Under the pieces are notes generated by a model. The model had not been told where the DNA came from, did no database searches, and saw nothing but the letters and a program-made list of their open reading frames with translations. DNA of 63,381 bases, counting the filler, from Octopus bimaculoides (taxonomy: Eukaryota), in assembly GCF_001194135.2 (NCBI RefSeq). It is 5 parts of 4 records of this genome, joined end to end, with 100 filler letters (N's around TTAATTAATTAA, not from the genome) between each part and the next. Parts side by side here need not be neighbours in the genome. Positions count along the whole stretch, not along the records: positions 61,109 to 63,381 come from NC_068983.1; 4 more parts are not named here. One strand, 5' to 3'. Position numbers and translations under genes: made by a program. Each line of letters starts with the position of its first letter. The first letter of the stretch is position 1. Shown here piece after piece: positions 61,800-63,381 of the stretch.

Positions 61800-62780
61800 A
61801 GACAATAAATAAATTAATGAATAAAAGATATGAAGGCAAAAACGTAAAAAGGAAGAGAAACTGGGAGAATATTATCCAGAATCCGAGGACACTGATGAAG
61901 GGAAGGGTATAAAAAAGATGGCGATGATAGTTGCAGAAGAAGTAGGAAGAGTGATCAGGATTGGGATGTAAAACGATACAGAAATAAATAAATGAATAAA
62001 TGAAAATTGAATAAATTACCCAAGTAAAAAATTAGAAATAAAGAGAAAAAACAAGAAAGTGAAAATAAAATAAGAAAATAAAATAAAACGAAAGCAAAGA
62101 AGACATAAGGCAAAAAAACATGTCGGCAAAAAAGTGAGTGACGTTGGCTCGGAGATAAGATGAACGGGTGAAGGTGAACAAAAGGTCAAGGCTGGAAGTA
62201 AGATAATGTAGGGAAAATGATATAAAAGTAAAAAAGAAATAAAAGAATGAAGGGAAAGGCATAACTACGATCGGTAAAATAAAAAGAGAAGATGGATTAG
62301 GTAGATAGATAGATAGATAGATAGATAAGGACAAAGAGAAAAGAGAGAGAGAGTAGGACAGAGAGCAACAGAGAGAGAGAGAGAGAGAGATCGTAAGGTT
62401 AAAGGATGATGGACAATAAACGGTTGGTTGTCGTAGCTGATGCTTCAAGAGGGAAACAATATAATATAAAATAAAAAGACAGCAAAAAAGAGAAGCTAAA
62501 CAAGTAGATACTATAAGGACAGTAAAGTGAGGAAGCAGAGTTGGGCGGTGGGGAAATACAGAGATATGGTGAAGAGAAGAATGAGAAAATGAAAGGGGAA
62601 AGGGAATAGACAAAATAGCAGAAAGAAGAAAGGCGGAAAGAAAAAAAGAAAGAAAGAAGCAAGGAAAGATAAATAACAAAAAAGTAGGTTCGGGGAGAGG
62701 GGAGAGGGTGACGAAATGGAGGAACGAAGAGTTTGGCAGAGGAAATTCGCTTACTGATGCTGGTGGATAAGAAAGTTCCA
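61800..62780. repeat. purine-rich low-complexity tract
   Basis: A/G-dominated plus strand; gives the F/S/L-rich antisense ORFs. Confidence 0.7.
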
Positions 62781-62889
62781 AGACCTCAGAATAACATGTT
62801 TCTTGTTTAGCTCGACGTCTGTTCAGCTCTGATTGTACAGACGACGCTCTAGCTATGACCGATCCGCTTTTTATTTTCTAGAAAGGCGC

Positions 62890-63060
62890 AGGCATGGGTG
62901 TGTCCTTAAGAAGCTTGCTTTGCAACCGCGTGGTTTTGGGTTCAGTCCCACTCTGCGGCATCCTGGGCAAGTGTCTTGTACGGCCGCAGATCGACCGACA
63001 CTTTGTGAGTGAATTTTGTTGGCAGAAACTGGAATCCTGTCGTATATATGTGTGTGAGAG
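62890..63060 (+). mobile_element. diverged SINE family A 5' half
   Basis: GGCGCAGGCATGGGTGTGTCCTTAAGAAGCTTGC...GGTTCAGTCCC...GGGCAAGTGTCTT. Confidence 0.7.
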
Positions 63061-63319
63061 AGAGAGAGAGAGAGAAAGTGTGGGATCTATTTTAAAACGG
63101 GGGCGCCAGTTTTCATTTATGTTTTATGTAATGTTTTTGGTACGGAAAGAATTTCAAACTTCGTATACTTATCTATTTTGTGTTGTAGAACAGAAAAATA
63201 TTTTTGTATTCGAATTTATTTCGTGTAAAAAATTGTCTTATTTCGATAATTTCTACTAATCACTGACGTCTATTCAGTTGAAAACAGTTAGCGCTGTAAC
63301 GGTGTATATCGTATTAATC

Positions 63320-63381
63320 CCCTAACCCTAACCCTAACTAGACTGTTAACCGTAACCGTAACCGTAACCCTAACCCTAAAA
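63320..63381. repeat. telomere-like (CCCTAA/CCGTAA)n variant repeat
   Basis: CCCTAACCCTAACCCTAA...CCGTAACCGTAACCGTAACCCTAACCCTAA. Confidence 0.75.

Overview
AT-rich (about one third GC) animal genomic DNA with gaps and many microsatellites. The SINE and LINE families look like those of Octopus/coleoid cephalopods (inference from recalled sequences, not a database hit). There is no long intact ORF; most ORF-track entries are microsatellite or N translations. (1) 1-21.8 kb is intronic sequence of a minus-strand host gene. Four phase-consistent spliced exons (8719-8595, 7645-7565, 7391-7348, 4251-4088) are missed by the ORF track, and the block also holds a dead duplicate of two of them, many SINEs, MITEs and a 476-bp palindrome. 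(2) 21.9-48.1 kb is a retroelement pile-up: about 11 fragments of R4/Dong-clade (RLE-endonuclease) non-LTR elements lined up head-to-tail in (TAA)n tracts, five copies of a ~560-bp non-coding TAA-flanked element, L1/Tx1-clade LINE and Ty3/gypsy fragments, a Tc1 derivative, a segmental duplication and a probable inversion. (3) 48.1-63.4 kb is microsatellites, SINEs and a Penelope (GIY-YIG) fragment. The top candidate for an undescribed system is a 299-bp element with an 11-bp TSD (11151-11449) that joins a tRNA-Ser-like Pol III head, a (TAA)n spacer and a minimal hammerhead ribozyme; it recurs as the direct and inverted terminal repeat of the Penelope fragment at 50.3-51.1 kb. Four 100-bp N44-TTAATTAATTAA-N44 spacers are artificial contig joins, so adjacency across them is unverified.
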